A stretch of DNA of 62,528 bases, the filler included, from Porpidia crustulata (taxonomy: Eukaryota): the NCBI GenBank assembly GCA_964255105.1. It is 4 parts of 4 records of this genome, joined end to end, with 100 filler letters (N's around TTAATTAATTAA, not from the genome) between each part and the next. Parts side by side here need not be neighbours in the genome. Positions count along the whole stretch, not along the records: positions 15,668 to 31,227 come from CAXUWE010000297.1; positions 31,328 to 46,886 come from CAXUWE010000298.1; 2 more parts are not named here. One strand, given 5' to 3'. Below the pieces are notes generated by a model. That model searched no databases. It had not been told where the DNA came from and was given only the letters and a program-made list of their open reading frames with translations. The position numbers were made by a program, and so were the translations under genes. Every line of letters begins with the position of its first letter. Position 1 is the stretch's first letter. Positions 24,964-37,741 of this stretch are shown here, piece after piece.

Positions 24964-25708
24964 CAATGCAACATTTGTTTGAACACAACCAGCATTTCCC
25001 AATGTTTTAAATAATCTAAAGAGTGTGGGAGACGATTTGGAAAATCATGTCCTGATGGGCGCGGAAAAATTGTTTATGACTTAACAATATTTCACTTCGG
25101 CGCACTATTCCCTCTCCGGGCTCCCCAAGCTATCTCTTTGTCATACAAGCTTAGACGGGCCAAGTTTGTCCTCAAAGCGGATCGCGATATTGTGACAATG
25201 AAAGACTTTTGTTCATATGAAGGAATACTGGACAAAGACTCTTTGCACGCCAACTTCTGAGTCTCGCGCACACAAATCCTAGGGTTGGCTTGAAGCAGCA
25301 GTTTAACAGCAGTGTTCATGAGTAGCCTACCACTGGAGCTGTCTGAAAGGGACTTTGATATGTTCGTCAATTTTTACAGAGAAAGCATTGCCATGGTGCT
25401 GGATATGATGTTGACTCATACATAGAAGGCAAGAGAGCGCGAGGAGGAGATGACATTGTGCGCAGTCGATGAAGCCATGTATGAAGCCTTTTGATCGGCA
25501 TTCAATTCGAGCTGAATTAATGTTCTCGTCTAAACTTGCAAGAACTCGACAGTCGATGCGAACGACGAGATGATAAGAATTGTCTGAGAAAGAAGCACGA
25601 TGGAGCAGCGAGAAAGCATGAGAGAACAGCGAGAAAGCAGATGAACAAAAGGGATCTTAGCGGAGAAGTCAAGCGAAGAGGCTCGTGTTGACTTCAGTCC
25701 GGGGAAAC

Positions 25709-25862
25709 TATATATATACATCATATACATCTCGATCTTAGGATTGATAATTACTGTTTCCGTTTAGGAAAAGGAGCAGGGTCGCTTTAGAGGGAGTAGC
25801 GAGGGAGCAAGGGGGCGCAGCAAGGGAGCACGGGGGAGCAAAAAGGAGCACCTTTGGGAAAG
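25709..25862 (+). repeat. Dispersed repeat copy B, inverted relative to copy A
   Basis: tatatatacatcatatacatctcgatcttaggatt..aggagcagggtcgctttagagggagtagcgagggagca aligns with the reverse complement of 19100-19204. Further degraded units at ~25590-25640. Confidence 0.78.
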
Positions 25863-27475
25863 TACGGGTTGAAGCCTATTCTGGGCCCCATCACTACTGG
25901 AATAACACCGCCAGCACAAAGCCTTCTAGCAACACGTCTCGACCTGAAATTCTCAGTCAACACGGCCGATAGATTCAAGTGTGGCTTAGTGTACAATAGC
26001 CACTCAAGCTTCCACCCAACATTTCGACAGAAGCTGAACACACCAGATACCCCATCCGCCGTCTGATCGTCACCGGCGAAGACAACCCCCGCAAACTCCA
26101 CCAGTCTTCCAAGTCCGTCACAGGAAACGAAAGCTGGCGAAATTGGTCAAATGTACCCCGTATCGAAATCTTCCTTCGTCCGCCCGCCAGGCTCGCCCAG
26201 CCCATATGTTCTCAGGGTATCTTGACGCGGGAGTTCCGCGCTGGGTTACCCTGAGCTCTTAATGAAGAGGAAGAAATCAAGTCGGGGAAAAGTGAGGGAC
26301 ATGAAACAAGGATTTGCGGGCTAGCTGGGAGGAAGGAATGATATGGAGATAAAGGATATCAAGGACGTCCTAACGGGAATGGGAGGGAATTGGGTAGGCA
26401 ATTTGGGGGCGCTGCAAGCGGCAATGAATGGGACGGAACCAGGGTGTTGGGAGGTAGGGAAGGGGCTTCTGGCTTCCTTGCTGCTTGCTACTGCTCACGG
26501 TAGGTTCCAATAGCATTTGTCCATGCTGTTGCTTAGCTAGCTACAACGCTCGCCAGACCACATGCCTCTCGTTGATTCTCGTCAATGCGCTTTTGTTTTA
26601 AATTGCGGTGATTGGTTAGAATTGAACGGTTCCGACGTCTGTTAATTTGTGACATGTTGTTGAATGGGTTCGAAGTCAGGCTCGAGGTGGAACTTCAGAT
26701 TGAAGGCCACGGAAAGGGGTGAAGCAGGATCGGATATATTGGACAGCATCGCACTCAACTCTCTTTTGATGTCTTCTGACTATTTTGATGTCTCACGGTC
26801 GACGCTACAAGCTTACTCGTCTTTGTTGTGTGCAGAACTTATCGTCTAGGCAATCATGTGCTGTGACAGCTTTTAAGGATAACATGCGATTCCTAGGAAC
26901 ATTTATCGGGTCCTGAGGGAAGGTATTGCTCTGGCATTTCACAAGTTCAAGAGATTCATGCTCTCTCCTTTTGAAGATTATATCCAACGGCGAAGAACCA
27001 CAGCATTTCATTCGACTCAAGGCTTTCTATCGACGTGGCAGATTCCAGTAACGATATCCGAACCCATCCATATCCCTTGCAGACGTGTGTTAGATGAGTC
27101 ATTGCGTGTTTATAACTACTCCTTTGAGGACAACATTCGGCTTATGTTCCGGTTGACTTCAATCAAACTTGTGAGTACAGAGATCCCTCATAGATTTTTT
27201 TTTCATTTTTCAACTTTTCGCCCGTACTGTACAAGATCCAAGCTGTTCTGGTATGGACCTCTGGTGGGCAAAGTCAACTGTCAAAATGACACCGCTAAAC
27301 GACTAAGGAATTATACCTATCCCGACAACCTCGAGTATATCTTCAGCTGACAATCTGTCATAGTACACGCAGGCCACATACCATTCCTTGCGAGCTCAGT
27401 TTAACTTGTAGCCGTTTCCTGACTATGATAAGGCGTCGCTGCTATTCTCGAGCGCAAGAGAGCGTTTCGTTCTTC

Positions 27476-27476
27476 T

Positions 27477-27508
<32 letters not shown>
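27476..27508. repeat. (CT)n microsatellite
   Basis: About 15 CT units. Confidence 0.95.
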
Positions 27509-27512
<4 letters not shown>

Positions 27513-28153
27513 CGTTCTCTACCTATGGCTTTGCTATTGGCGCTATATTTATACGCCAGGTCCGCATCTTACAGGTGGCGGGCCATCCTGTGATATTGAC
27601 GTTGTAGAAGCCATCTGAGAATATAATCGATATTGGCGGTATCACTTAGCTGAGATAGTAAGGGAATGGTCCATGGGGCTCGTGGGCAATCGGCAGGTAG
27701 ATAATGAAAAGTAAGAGAGGGACTGGCAAACCAAAACCAGCTTTCAGTTCGACACGTTAGGAAGCCATACGGGGTGTCCGGGTGACCCGTGAACCCTTCT
27801 AAAAGCTACCCTCCTTCCATCCTTCATACTAGCTTAACGTTCAGACAAATCTACTGAATCATCAATATAAGTATTAATCCTACTTCAGCTAGCTCTCAAT
27901 CCTTCATTGCTGAACCCCAATCCTTCGTTGCTGAACAACAATCCTACATACCGGCTTACATCTGATGCAATACAAGTTCCATCGTGGACAATCATCTGCA
28001 TTCAAGTATCGTGAGTCATAACAAACCATCTTTCATCAACCTTCCCACCTTGGCCCTTGTCAGCTGAGCTGTGACCCTGTGACTGGCATATAGTCGCTCG
28101 TCAAGTAATGAGCAGCAATCTTTGCCAGAAGTCGTCAACTCGCAGCATTTATC

Positions 28154-29196
28154 ATGTCTGTACAGATAAATGCCGATACGCATATCAAGTCCGATTTCCA
28201 TTGCAGCGGCTGTCTTGTCTTCCACCCAAGACCCGGAAAAGAATTTCACTCAAACCCACTCTGAATTAGCGTGATTGGTATCAGCAGGACATGCATTATC
28301 ACTGGCAACGAAGGCAAGAGAAAAGCCCATGAAAGCAATGAAACGTTCTTGAACCTCCAAACCGAACCCTATGATGGCCCGATGGTCCTCGAAAATGGCA
28401 GGACGACGCTGTTCTGGATTCTGATTCCCGATGATCCTGCGTCTAAGAGCCCCGCCAGGCGAATTTATATAGGACTTGTGAGGTACCCAAACCGCAGGCT
28501 TTACCGCCCTCCGGAAAATTCGGCTCTGGCAACAGTATCACCTATAGCGTGGAGGTCTTGGTGGTAGATGAGAATTGTCACCGTCAAATCAAAGCAAGTT
28601 CACCGCTTACATTTTCCATGACACGAGAGACAGAGGCACCAGATCCAGAAATTGTCACTACCATTCAAGAGCAGCATCCCGTCAGCCAAGGCCAATCAAC
28701 TTTCAAATTGGCCCTTGATAGTCCTAGAATAATTGTACTAGGCCAGGCTTTTCCTCTCAAACTTCGCCGATTCGACGAAGAGGCTCATATCATAATCTCT
28801 TCACGGGCAACAGTCCTGCTCAGATCTGGCCTTCTGCAGCTTCTTGAAAATACCTTCATCCAAAGCGAAGACAATACCGATGACGACTGGACCAACAAGC
28901 ATACCATTGGCAGCGTCCTTCTGTTTGGATCAAACCCTGAAGCTCCTAGCATTACAACGCAAGGCCTAGATCTGGGATTACTCCTCCACAACCCACGGAT
29001 CTCCCTTGACTTCCCACCTAGCTTCAGATCTCGCAATATTCAGCGTACATGCGGCTTACTCGTTTCACTAACAGTCGAATGTGAAGGGCTCACGTTTGAA
29101 CTGGCATTTGAAATAGACCCTGTGACTGTATTGGCGGCTGAGTACATTGATGTGGTGCGGGCGAAGTATGAGGAACAAGCGGAGTTGTATCAGTAA
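28154..29196 (+). pseudogene. Disrupted alpha-arrestin-like gene
   Basis: MSVQINAD..NPL*ISVIGISRT (in-frame TGA at 28262-28264), frameshift near 28475 into PQALPPSGKFGSGNSITYSVEV, C-terminal PPSFRSRNIQRTCGLLVSLTVEC resembling an arrestin C-domain end. Confidence 0.55.
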
Positions 29197-29708
29197 ATAT
29201 AGAGCAAAAAGTAGTGAGCAAACTGACATAATCAACGACGTGAAAGAGGCCGAAGGAATGTCGAAGAACAACGCTGCGTGTTTCAGCCCTAGAAATTTCA
29301 GCGAGCTGAACGAGGCGCAGAGTGTAAGCTGTCATAATGAGGGATATGTGTGGCTTTATCCGGAGTTGTATGGGGATGCGGGGGGACGAAGTATTATGGG
29401 GGATGTTGAGGATTTGAAGGGTACGTTGTATGGGAATCAGATGGCGAGTTTTTCGAAGAATGTTGAGGCGTTGTGGGTTTTGAAGGGGTAGATTGCGGTT
29501 TGTGTGTGTATTTGAACGTGTGCATCTGGATTTGCTCGTAGCAGGTGGAGTTTGTGCATAGAATTCTTCACATGCAAATTGCCAGAGGAACCTTGTGCAG
29601 TCCCTGTCACGCTAGATCCCTTTAGCTCTATCTCGCTCTCTTCTCTACGCCCCTCATTACTATTCAGTAACAAACTACCCACTCCAAGAAATAACTACCA
29701 TTTCAACC

Positions 29709-30610
29709 ATGCCTCCCATCCCGGCCCTTTTCACCATACCCATCAACTCCAAGGGCAGCATCATCTGCACCCAGCCCTCACCCAAGATTTACCTCCTCAC
29801 TTTCCAGTCCCCGCCCGATAACAGAGTCGTCCCCGATTTCTGCGAGTCTTTCCTTTTGGCCCTGGATATCTTGGACCACCGCTTTCCGAAAGGAGTGGTT
29901 GTCACAACTTCCGGTATTACCAAATTCTACAGCAATGGATTGGACTACGAGTCCGCAATGAAGACGAAGAACTTCTTCGCCGATAGCTTGTACCCGCTTT
30001 GGCGAAGGCTGTTGACGTGAGTCGCTACGCTCAGTTATAGAACCTCTATTAGCAGGCTGCCATAACAATAATGCTAACTGATGGACTTCAAAATAGCTAC
30101 CCAATGCCCACCATCGCGCTCATAAACGGCCACGCTTTCGCCGCTGGCTTCATGACTGCAATGATGCACGATTACCGAATGATGAACCCCCACCGTGGCT
30201 TCCTCTGCCTCAACGAACTCGATTTCGGCGCACCTCTCAAACCCCCCATGGCCTCCATCTTCCGAACCAAGCTCCCTAGCCCAAATACCTACCGCACTAT
30301 GGTCTTGGAGTCGAAGAGGTTCAATGCGCTGGAAGCGCTGAAAGAGGGGATCGTGGACGGGTTGGGAGGTGTGGACGAGGTGTTGGCTTATATCGGAGAG
30401 ATGGGATTGGTGGAGAGGGGGAAGAGCGGGGTTTACGGGAGGCTGAAGGCTGAGATGTGGAGGGAGACGGTAGGGTTCTTGGAAAATGTCGAGGGGGGTG
30501 ATAGACGAGAGGAGCGAGAGCTGCAGGATCAGAAAAGGAGAGCCGAGGGGGAGAAAAGAAGGGTTCAGGAGTGGGAAGGTCGTCCGGGCCGAGTCTTACC
30601 GAAGCTTTGA
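29709..30610 (+). CDS. Enoyl-CoA hydratase/isomerase (crotonase fold), probably peroxisomal delta3,delta2-enoyl-CoA isomerase; 2 exons
   Basis: KFYSNGLD, YPMPTIALINGHAFAAG..HDYR..LCLNE; intron 30017-30096; C-terminal PTS1-like PKL. Confidence 0.92.
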
Positions 30611-31227
30611 TGTCGATGTTCAGGGAGGAGGAGCGGGGAAGCGGGTGGACGCCTTGCAATTACTTTGGACCACGTAAATGAGCCCTCAGAGGAGGTCAAG
30701 AATATCCGCGACCAAGCGCGTTGGAAAGACATGAGGCTTTTTCGCGGAATGGCAATAACCCGCATTCCGTGATACACATCCAGCCGGAGTTCGTGCTCGG
30801 AAATGCTTGAACATCCTCCGCTGCAAAGAGAGGGCAATCATGGATGGTGGAGGAATATTTTCGAAGCTAAAATTCAAACCGTCGAAAGAATGGGGATATA
30901 GGCGCTACGGAAGAACGAAGGGCCTTCCAGAAATCGCGTCTAACGTTTACCAACCCAACGAATTTTACAAACGACAAAAAGCGACTCGAAACAGCAAACT
31001 GTGAAAAAAAAAGTCTCCTGAATTCAAGGCCCGACGAACCAAAAAGCCTAAGCGATTCACACATTCCAACAAAAATACCGTGGACGTCGTCACGCCGATG
31101 GCATCATCCCATCCCATCCCATTCCATTCCTCCGTTGTTGTTACGAACTCTATAGCAAAACCCACGACCGCAAAATTTTCGGAGATTTTTCCAAATGGAA
31201 GATCAAACGGAATTGAAGGAAAGGGAG

Positions 31228-31327
31228 NNNNNNNNNNNNNNNNNNNNNNNNNNNNNNNNNNNNNNNNNNNNTTAATTAATTAANNNNNNNNNNNNNNNNN
31301 NNNNNNNNNNNNNNNNNNNNNNNNNNN
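31228..31327. other. Artificial contig linker
   Basis: N44-TTAATTAATTAA-N44. Confidence 0.97.
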
Positions 31328-32123
31328 TGATAGGGGTGTGGGGATGGGTGAAGTGCTATAATCTAGCGATGGGGCTTTTCTGGCTGTAAGGCATAGCGTG
31401 GCTTTTTTAGAGATACCGGTTTTAGAGATATCCATATAAATTGCAATGTGTTCACCAAGAGATCACGTTTCATGAAAATGCAGTAATGAAAAGTTTTCTT
31501 ATCTAAGAATTTCGCTATGTACAATTCATCAATCATCACAGTGCCTGCTTTTCCACCTTGCCAGCCAGAATCTCCTCCAAACGCCTTCGCTCAAAAACAA
31601 AACCCGAAATGTGAATCCAGCCATTTGTCCAAATGGACACACCGCACTTAAAAACGCCCTTTTCCAAAGCCCTCCTTCCATATCACTACCCAGAACAACC
31701 ACCCAAACGCCAAACAAAAACCCAGAAAAGACCAAGCCAATCCTCCAGGTTATCGCCATCGCAAAATATAGGGTCGGAAAAAAAGAATGCATAGGTTGAT
31801 TTCATGGCCTGGGAAGATTCAATCCGTGGACATAGCACCGAGGTCAGTCGACGCGGAAAAAATCCATCCAAGCCAAGTTCCGGAGAAGCGAAAGTTCGAT
31901 CAGTGGACATAACACTCCGGAGAGTCAGTCGACGCTGAGATCATCCGAGTCTGTGTGGGAAAAGGCAAGGAGACGAGAAGCCAATGAGTGTTGGCCGATG
32001 TTTGCGTAGGTAGGCGAGGAGAGATAGCGAGCGTCGATTGGAGAAGTGGCGAGGTAGCGAATGTATGAACAAAAATGAATGGATAAGCGGCCGTCAGTCG
32101 TAAGTAAAGATTGGGGAGAGCGA

Positions 32124-35100
32124 TCAAGTAGCCCAGCTTCGACGCCGGGTGCCAGTCTGGCCGCTCTTGGATGTTCCGGTTGTGTTATCAAGACCTTCCC
32201 AGGGTAGGTCTTGTGTGCCGGTCTCGTTGCTCTCAAGATCCCAAGGCTGGCGCTGGGAAGATTTCTGCGTCTGTGTTTGGGTTGGTGCTTCGCCTCCTCG
32301 GAGACCAAGCTCTACCAGATCAATGCCGATTGATTGCAGTGTGTCCTCAATTTCTTGGTCTTGGAATTCAACGTGGCCATCATGCTTGTAGTCTTCTAGC
32401 ACATCGTGAAGGGAGTAGATCTGATCGGCTTTGACCTCCATGGCGTTCAGTAAACTTACCATCTTAGCAAAAAGGTCTTTGCGCTTTGTCTTCATGATTG
32501 CAGGGTCGTGGCGAAAGTAGAGGGATTTGATATGAGTATGTTGTATGAGTAAATGCGCGTGTTCGTCGGTTAGACTCTTGAGCACGGTAGCAAGAGCCAG
32601 GGCTGGAGGTTGTGATGGGCGAATCGTCGGCTCATCTTCGTGCTGCTTGGTTTCTGCCAATCGCTCAGATGCTGATTTTGGCTTTGGGATTTTAATGCTC
32701 TCTTTGGGGGTTCCACGATGGTCATGGTCGACACCATGCTTCATGATGCCCTTGCAAATGACGCAGCCTTGTGGGTCATGTTGTATATCAAGGGCGAAAT
32801 CATTCCTCGCTTTGGTAAGCTCAGGCAGAGGCTGAGAAACAATTCCAAGATCCTGCATGGGGATATCTGGTATAACGAATGGTGAAGTCATACCAAGGCT
32901 GCGGGCTCGGCGACGTGTAACGGGTGCTGATGGTTTGGACTGGTTGCTCTTCTGTTCCCCACCGGACGATTTTGGGCGAGTGGCCTGCAAGTATTTGAGC
33001 CTTCGCTCCTTCCCACACTTGGATACGTGAGAACATACCTCTTGAGTATTAGTTGGTTCCTTGGGTGGCTGTTCAATTCTCTCTGTTCGGTTGAACGACC
33101 TCTCAGTCACATCCTTCATAGATGACTTGCGAGGTAAAGTGGCTTGCTGTTCCGTGGTGGCTTTTCGAATTGCGTCGTCCTGTACCGTGGACCTTGTGGG
33201 CATTGCAGCGCGTTGTTCCTTGCGTGCTTTCCGCTCGAATTCGAGGGTCTTGCGTAATTTGCCCACTTCGTCGCTCTAAAGCGAGGCCCCATTAGTATCT
33301 ACCAATTCAACGGAGCAAAGACAACATACCTTTAGAAAACTCAAGTACGTCAAATCTTGAGAAGAGTCGTCCATTTGGACGTTCTTCGCCGTTCGTGATG
33401 ATGAGACTTCGGGCCTTGGAGCGCTTCGTTGACTGAGTTCAGCTTCTTCTCTGGCAATGTCCATGAAGGCGTCGCTGTCCTGGCTGTTGTGAGTATCGTC
33501 AGCTTCGGCAGGTGCTATACCGCGAAGTAAGTCCTTTATATTCCGATTCATGCGAGATCCTGAGAAAGTATCTCGCTCTCGAGGCGTGACAGATTTTCCG
33601 GTCTCGGTGATTCGAGCTTGGGTCTTATCGGTATCCTTCGAGTGATTTGAATATCGGATGGAAGGTTGCATATCGACAACGTGGGAGACAGGAAGATTAG
33701 TAGTGCTCCGATTCACTCTATCGGCCGTGGCGTCAGGAGATCTTCTTCTCCCGCTGAAGAAATTCTTAGACATCTCTTCAAGGTTGCGGACAGAATCTTT
33801 GGCTTGCTGAATCGTTCTTCGTAGATCTTCCTCCTTCGTCGTCCACTGCAACGTCTCGTTATCATGGTTGGCGTTGAGTTGTTTGATCTGGGCTCTTAGT
33901 TGCTGGTTATCAGTTGCTAGATCGCGGTTCTCATTTTTGAGTTCCTCAATAGTGAAATATGCAACGCCGAGCTGCGAAACGGCCGAGTCGCGTTCCTTCG
34001 TCATGTTGTCGACAACGGTTTGTAGTGTAGACGCTCTCCGATGTGTCCCATCCAGCTGGCTTTGTAGCATTCGAGCAGAGGATTCTGCGCCTAGACTAAT
34101 GTTAGATAGAAGTTTAAACGTGCGGGTACTTCACAACCCACGATTCTTCTCAATGATCAGTTTGCGATTCCTGCTCAATAATTGACCATTGTCGCTACCG
34201 CTATCCGAAGACCCCAGTGCGCTGTCACTCCGATGGCGTTTCTTTTGCTCGGCCTTCTCTGCCTCGAGAGTGTCGTTCCTCTGCTGCAAGTCCCGATATG
34301 TGTTCTGCGTTTCGGCTCTATCATTTTCCAGATCAGCAACTTTGTCTTGTAAGAGCCTGAGCGAGATGAATATTGCATTCTCGTCATCCGGGATCGGAAT
34401 CTCGCCAACCACTGTGTGACTTGAGGGTCGTACAGTACCATGTCGGGACTCTGAAGATGATACAAAACGAGACGCACGAGATGGACCGTGGCGCGAAAAT
34501 ACCGGTGTACCATCCTGGTATACTCCAGACACTAGTTCGGACAGGTTTGGCATATCTGGTAACACAAACGATTGCTGAGTCCCATGGTTTGGAGTTGATG
34601 GAGTTGCGTTCTTGGTCTGAGGGTCAACATTCTGCTGATGACCAGTGGTGTTGCGCATAAAGTCTTTCGTAGAGCTGAACTTTCTGGGTATCGATTCTGG
34701 TAGTGCTGATGGTTGGCTCCTACCGCTTCCAAACCGAGTACTCCTGGTAGTGAGGTCAATGGTTGGAGGACGCTCCTCATTGAATTTTGACGCCTCGTCC
34801 TCGTCTCTTACGCGAGCATGCATTGCAGCGAGTGTTCGCCGATCCTCACCACTTCTGTGCCCACTACCATTTGGAACGTAATCTGTAGTCTTGGCTAATG
34901 GTGGTGAAGGGTCCATATTCTCCTTCTGTCTATCCCTAGACTTTTTCACGAACTCCTCCACCGTCTTCTTCGCAAGCTCATCTTGTTCTTTTCTAATCAG
35001 AGAAGCGCTGCGGACATGTGCCTCACGCCTGAGGGTGGTACTATCATCCTTTCTCCTGGTAATTGAACGCTGTCTTATCGGTGGTGTGCTGATGACTTGA

Positions 35101-35594
35101 TAAGTTCCTACTATGGGCGCTTTGAAGTCCAAGCTGTCTTCGCCGACACTTGCCGGCGGCTCTGAGAATGGTTTCGATGGTCTGTTGGGTAGCTCAAATC
35201 GGCCGTTTCTATGGCTCTGATGTCCGCGGCCGAGCTCGATTGATATACTGCTATCATCCGAGGTGCCTACTGAGGTGAAGTCTGGGAAGGCTCGACCTAA
35301 AGCTGAGGTGTTGATAGCAAAATCTGGCTCCGGTTGCTCCTGCTTCGCGAATCGGTTGAATTTCTGTGCACTTCCACGTATTCCTGGAAAGTTGGATGAG
35401 AAACCGTCAAGTCGGCGAGTTGACACGAGAGCTTCATTTTCTGGATCGAAGTTAGACGTGGTGGATTCAACGCTGGCAAATCCTTGTGAGTTCCTGGAAC
35501 CGCCTGATGAATGACGGCTTCCATTGAGATCTCGAGACATCTCACGGATCAATTGAGCGCGAGACTCTGAGTTTGAAGTCGAGGCCTTGGCCAT
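32124..35594 (-). CDS. Spindle pole body coiled-coil protein, Ppc89/Cep57-like; 3 exons
   Basis: INTSALGRAFPDF, SFVLPDMPNLSELVSG, KERDSAVSQLGVAY, TIRPSQPPALALATVLKSLTDE..MEVKADQIYSLHDVLE. Introns 34141-34091 and 33329-33276. Confidence 0.8.
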
Positions 35595-35792
35595 GGCTTC
35601 GACTTGTATTTTGGGTGGTCTGTTCTCTCAGTTACTCGTATGGCAATCTCACACTGTATTTGTTGGTAGCACGGAGCAACTGCAGAAGGATGATTTTACG
35701 GAGATAGAAGTTGCTGTTACTTTCAATGCAATGGTTCACGATGCAGTAACACAGTGTTCAAGCAGTGGGTGATATATGGTGACTGGTGGAGA

Positions 35793-35862
35793 TGTTTGTT
35801 TACGTTTATATCAAAGATTCAGTGACGCGCTCGCTCAACATCCGCCCCTCCCGTAGCGCGTT
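35793..35862. promoter_or_regulatory. Forkhead-type site and MCB-like cores in the divergent Ppc89-like/DPH2 promoter
   Basis: TGTTTAC (GTAAACA) at 35797-35803; ACGCG cores at 35825-35829 and 35857-35861 (reverse). Confidence 0.4.
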
Positions 35863-36037
35863 TCTCGCTTAACACGCTTGGACAGCAAACACGAGCAAAT
35901 AAATCTTAAATAGTATCCCTATGCCTGCATGCTATGCCCACCATAAATATTAGATGTACTGTTCTAAATTGGAGCTATAATATACACCAGAGCGCGCAAG
36001 TCTCATGGAATAGCCAGCTAGAAATTTTTTCGGCACG

Positions 36038-37741
36038 ATGAAAGACACGTTACAAGTAGCTCCGGCTTTTTCTACGCCAGATGACAATATCCTCCAATGC
36101 CGGTCTCAGCTAGAGGCGGATGGCTTCGAAGCAATTGACTCAGACGGACAATTAAATATTACATATGAGATAGAACGAACCATAGCAGAGATCAAGAGAG
36201 GAAAATGGACCAGAATTGCACTCCAATTTCCAGACCAAATGCTGCCAGATGCGCCCAGGGTTTTTGAGACTTTGAGTAAACGCTTGATAGGTGCAAACCC
36301 TCCTTGTATGCCCTTGGAGACTCCGTCCGATGTCGAAGTAGTAGGTGGAGTCGACAGGAGAGGTGTTTCATACACCCAGCAGCCTCTTGTGAAACTTTAT
36401 ATACTTGCAGACACTTCGTATGGAGCTTGTTGCGTCGACGAGATTGCCGCGGAGCATGTCGATGCAGAAGTGGTTGTACATTATGGCCGGGCCTGCCTAT
36501 CACCCACCGCAAGGCTGCCAGTCATCCATATTTTCAGCATTCAGTATCTGGAAATAGAGCATGTCATCCAGGCCTTCAAAGAGAGCCACCCGGATCTCCA
36601 GCAGAAGATTTTGTTGATGGCCGATGTAACATACTCAAGTCATCTTCCAGGTATCGCTGACGCTCTCACCAGCGAAGGCTATATCGCTATCTATAATACT
36701 CAAATTATCCATGACCCTTCGTCACCCTTACCGAACCGTACTGTTCCTGATGCTGTGGTAGCAAATCCCACAAAACTCCGGGATTGGCAGCTATTTCATA
36801 TCTCAGATCCTCCGAAATCACTTCTACTTTTATTATCGTCACGTGTGTCGCAGATACACATCTATCCTACTTCTCGTAGGGTTGCCAGTCAGGCCCACCA
36901 AACTCTCCTTACATCATCTACGCTCGCTTTGCGCAAGCGATACGCGCTTCTGACATCCGTTAGCACAGTCCCGATATTCGGCATACTTATCAATACTCTT
37001 AGTGTAAAGAATTATCTACATATGGTTGAACATGTCAAGTCTCAAATAGCACGGGCTGGCAAGAAAAGTTACACTTTTGTCGTTGGCAAAGTGAACGCAG
37101 CCAAAGTGGCCAATTTCAGTGAAGTAGGAGCCTGGGTAGTAATTGGATGTTGGGAAAGCTCATGTATAGAAAACGACGAATTTTGGAAGCCTATATTGAC
37201 CCCGTTTGAACTTGGCTTAGCCCTGGTGGGGGATAACCAGAGAGTCTGGACTGGAGAATGGCACAGCGATTTCCAAGACATTTTAAAAGAACCCAGAGAC
37301 ACTTCACTCATTGACAATAGACAAGCGGATAGCCTACATGACGATTTGGTCAACGAAGGCGAAGGCGCTGGTGGAGACAATTTTGATTCCGAGCCAGAAT
37401 CTACGCCTCCTGAGTATGATTTACGAACGGGACGCTATGTCTCGGATTCAAGACCGATGCGGCCCTCTCCAGCGCTCGAACGAAACTTGCGCGAGAACCA
37501 AAGCGAACTCATCATATCCGGAAACGCTCTGACGAAGCGTGTCAAAGAAGAATTGGCGGCTATTGGCGGGGACGTATCTCCAGGAGCTGAGTATCTGAGA
37601 TCGAAGAGAACATGGAAGGGGCTTGGGAGTGACTTCGAAATCGCCTATGACGAGCCAGAGAAATCTCAAGGTGCTGCCATTGAGGATGGGAGGCATGGAA
37701 TTGCAAGAAGTTATACTCAAAATTCTTCCACAACGTTATGA
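36038..37741 (+). CDS. DPH2: Diphthamide biosynthesis protein 2
   Basis: IALQFPD, YILADTSYGACCVDEIAAEH, VVHYGRACLSP, KSYTFVVGKVNAAKVANF, RTWKGLG..GRHGIARSY; single exon. Confidence 0.95.
   Translation: MKDTLQVAPAFSTPDDNILQCRSQLEADGFEAIDSDGQLNITYEIERTIAEIKRGKWTRIALQFPDQMLPDAPRVFETLSKRLIGANPPCMPLETPSDVEVVGGVDRRGVSYTQQPLVKLYILADTSYGACCVDEIAAEHVDAEVVVHYGRACLSPTARLPVIHIFSIQYLEIEHVIQAFKESHPDLQQKILLMADVTYSSHLPGIADALTSEGYIAIYNTQIIHDPSSPLPNRTVPDAVVANPTKLRDWQLFHISDPPKSLLLLLSSRVSQIHIYPTSRRVASQAHQTLLTSSTLALRKRYALLTSVSTVPIFGILINTLSVKNYLHMVEHVKSQIARAGKKSYTFVVGKVNAAKVANFSEVGAWVVIGCWESSCIENDEFWKPILTPFELGLALVGDNQRVWTGEWHSDFQDILKEPRDTSLIDNRQADSLHDDLVNEGEGAGGDNFDSEPESTPPEYDLRTGRYVSDSRPMRPSPALERNLRENQSELIISGNALTKRVKEELAAIGGDVSPGAEYLRSKRTWKGLGSDFEIAYDEPEKSQGAAIEDGRHGIARSYTQNSSTTL

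Noticed and set aside
25863..26500. Fragmentary minus-strand ORFs next to repeat copy B as a transposase remnant
   Set aside because: No DDE, RT, helicase or tyrosine recombinase motif recognisable.
32290..32312. LGLRGG inside the Ppc89-like protein as a substrate of the OTU-like orphan
   Set aside because: A single short motif in a low-complexity tail; same-contig occurrence is not evidence without conservation.
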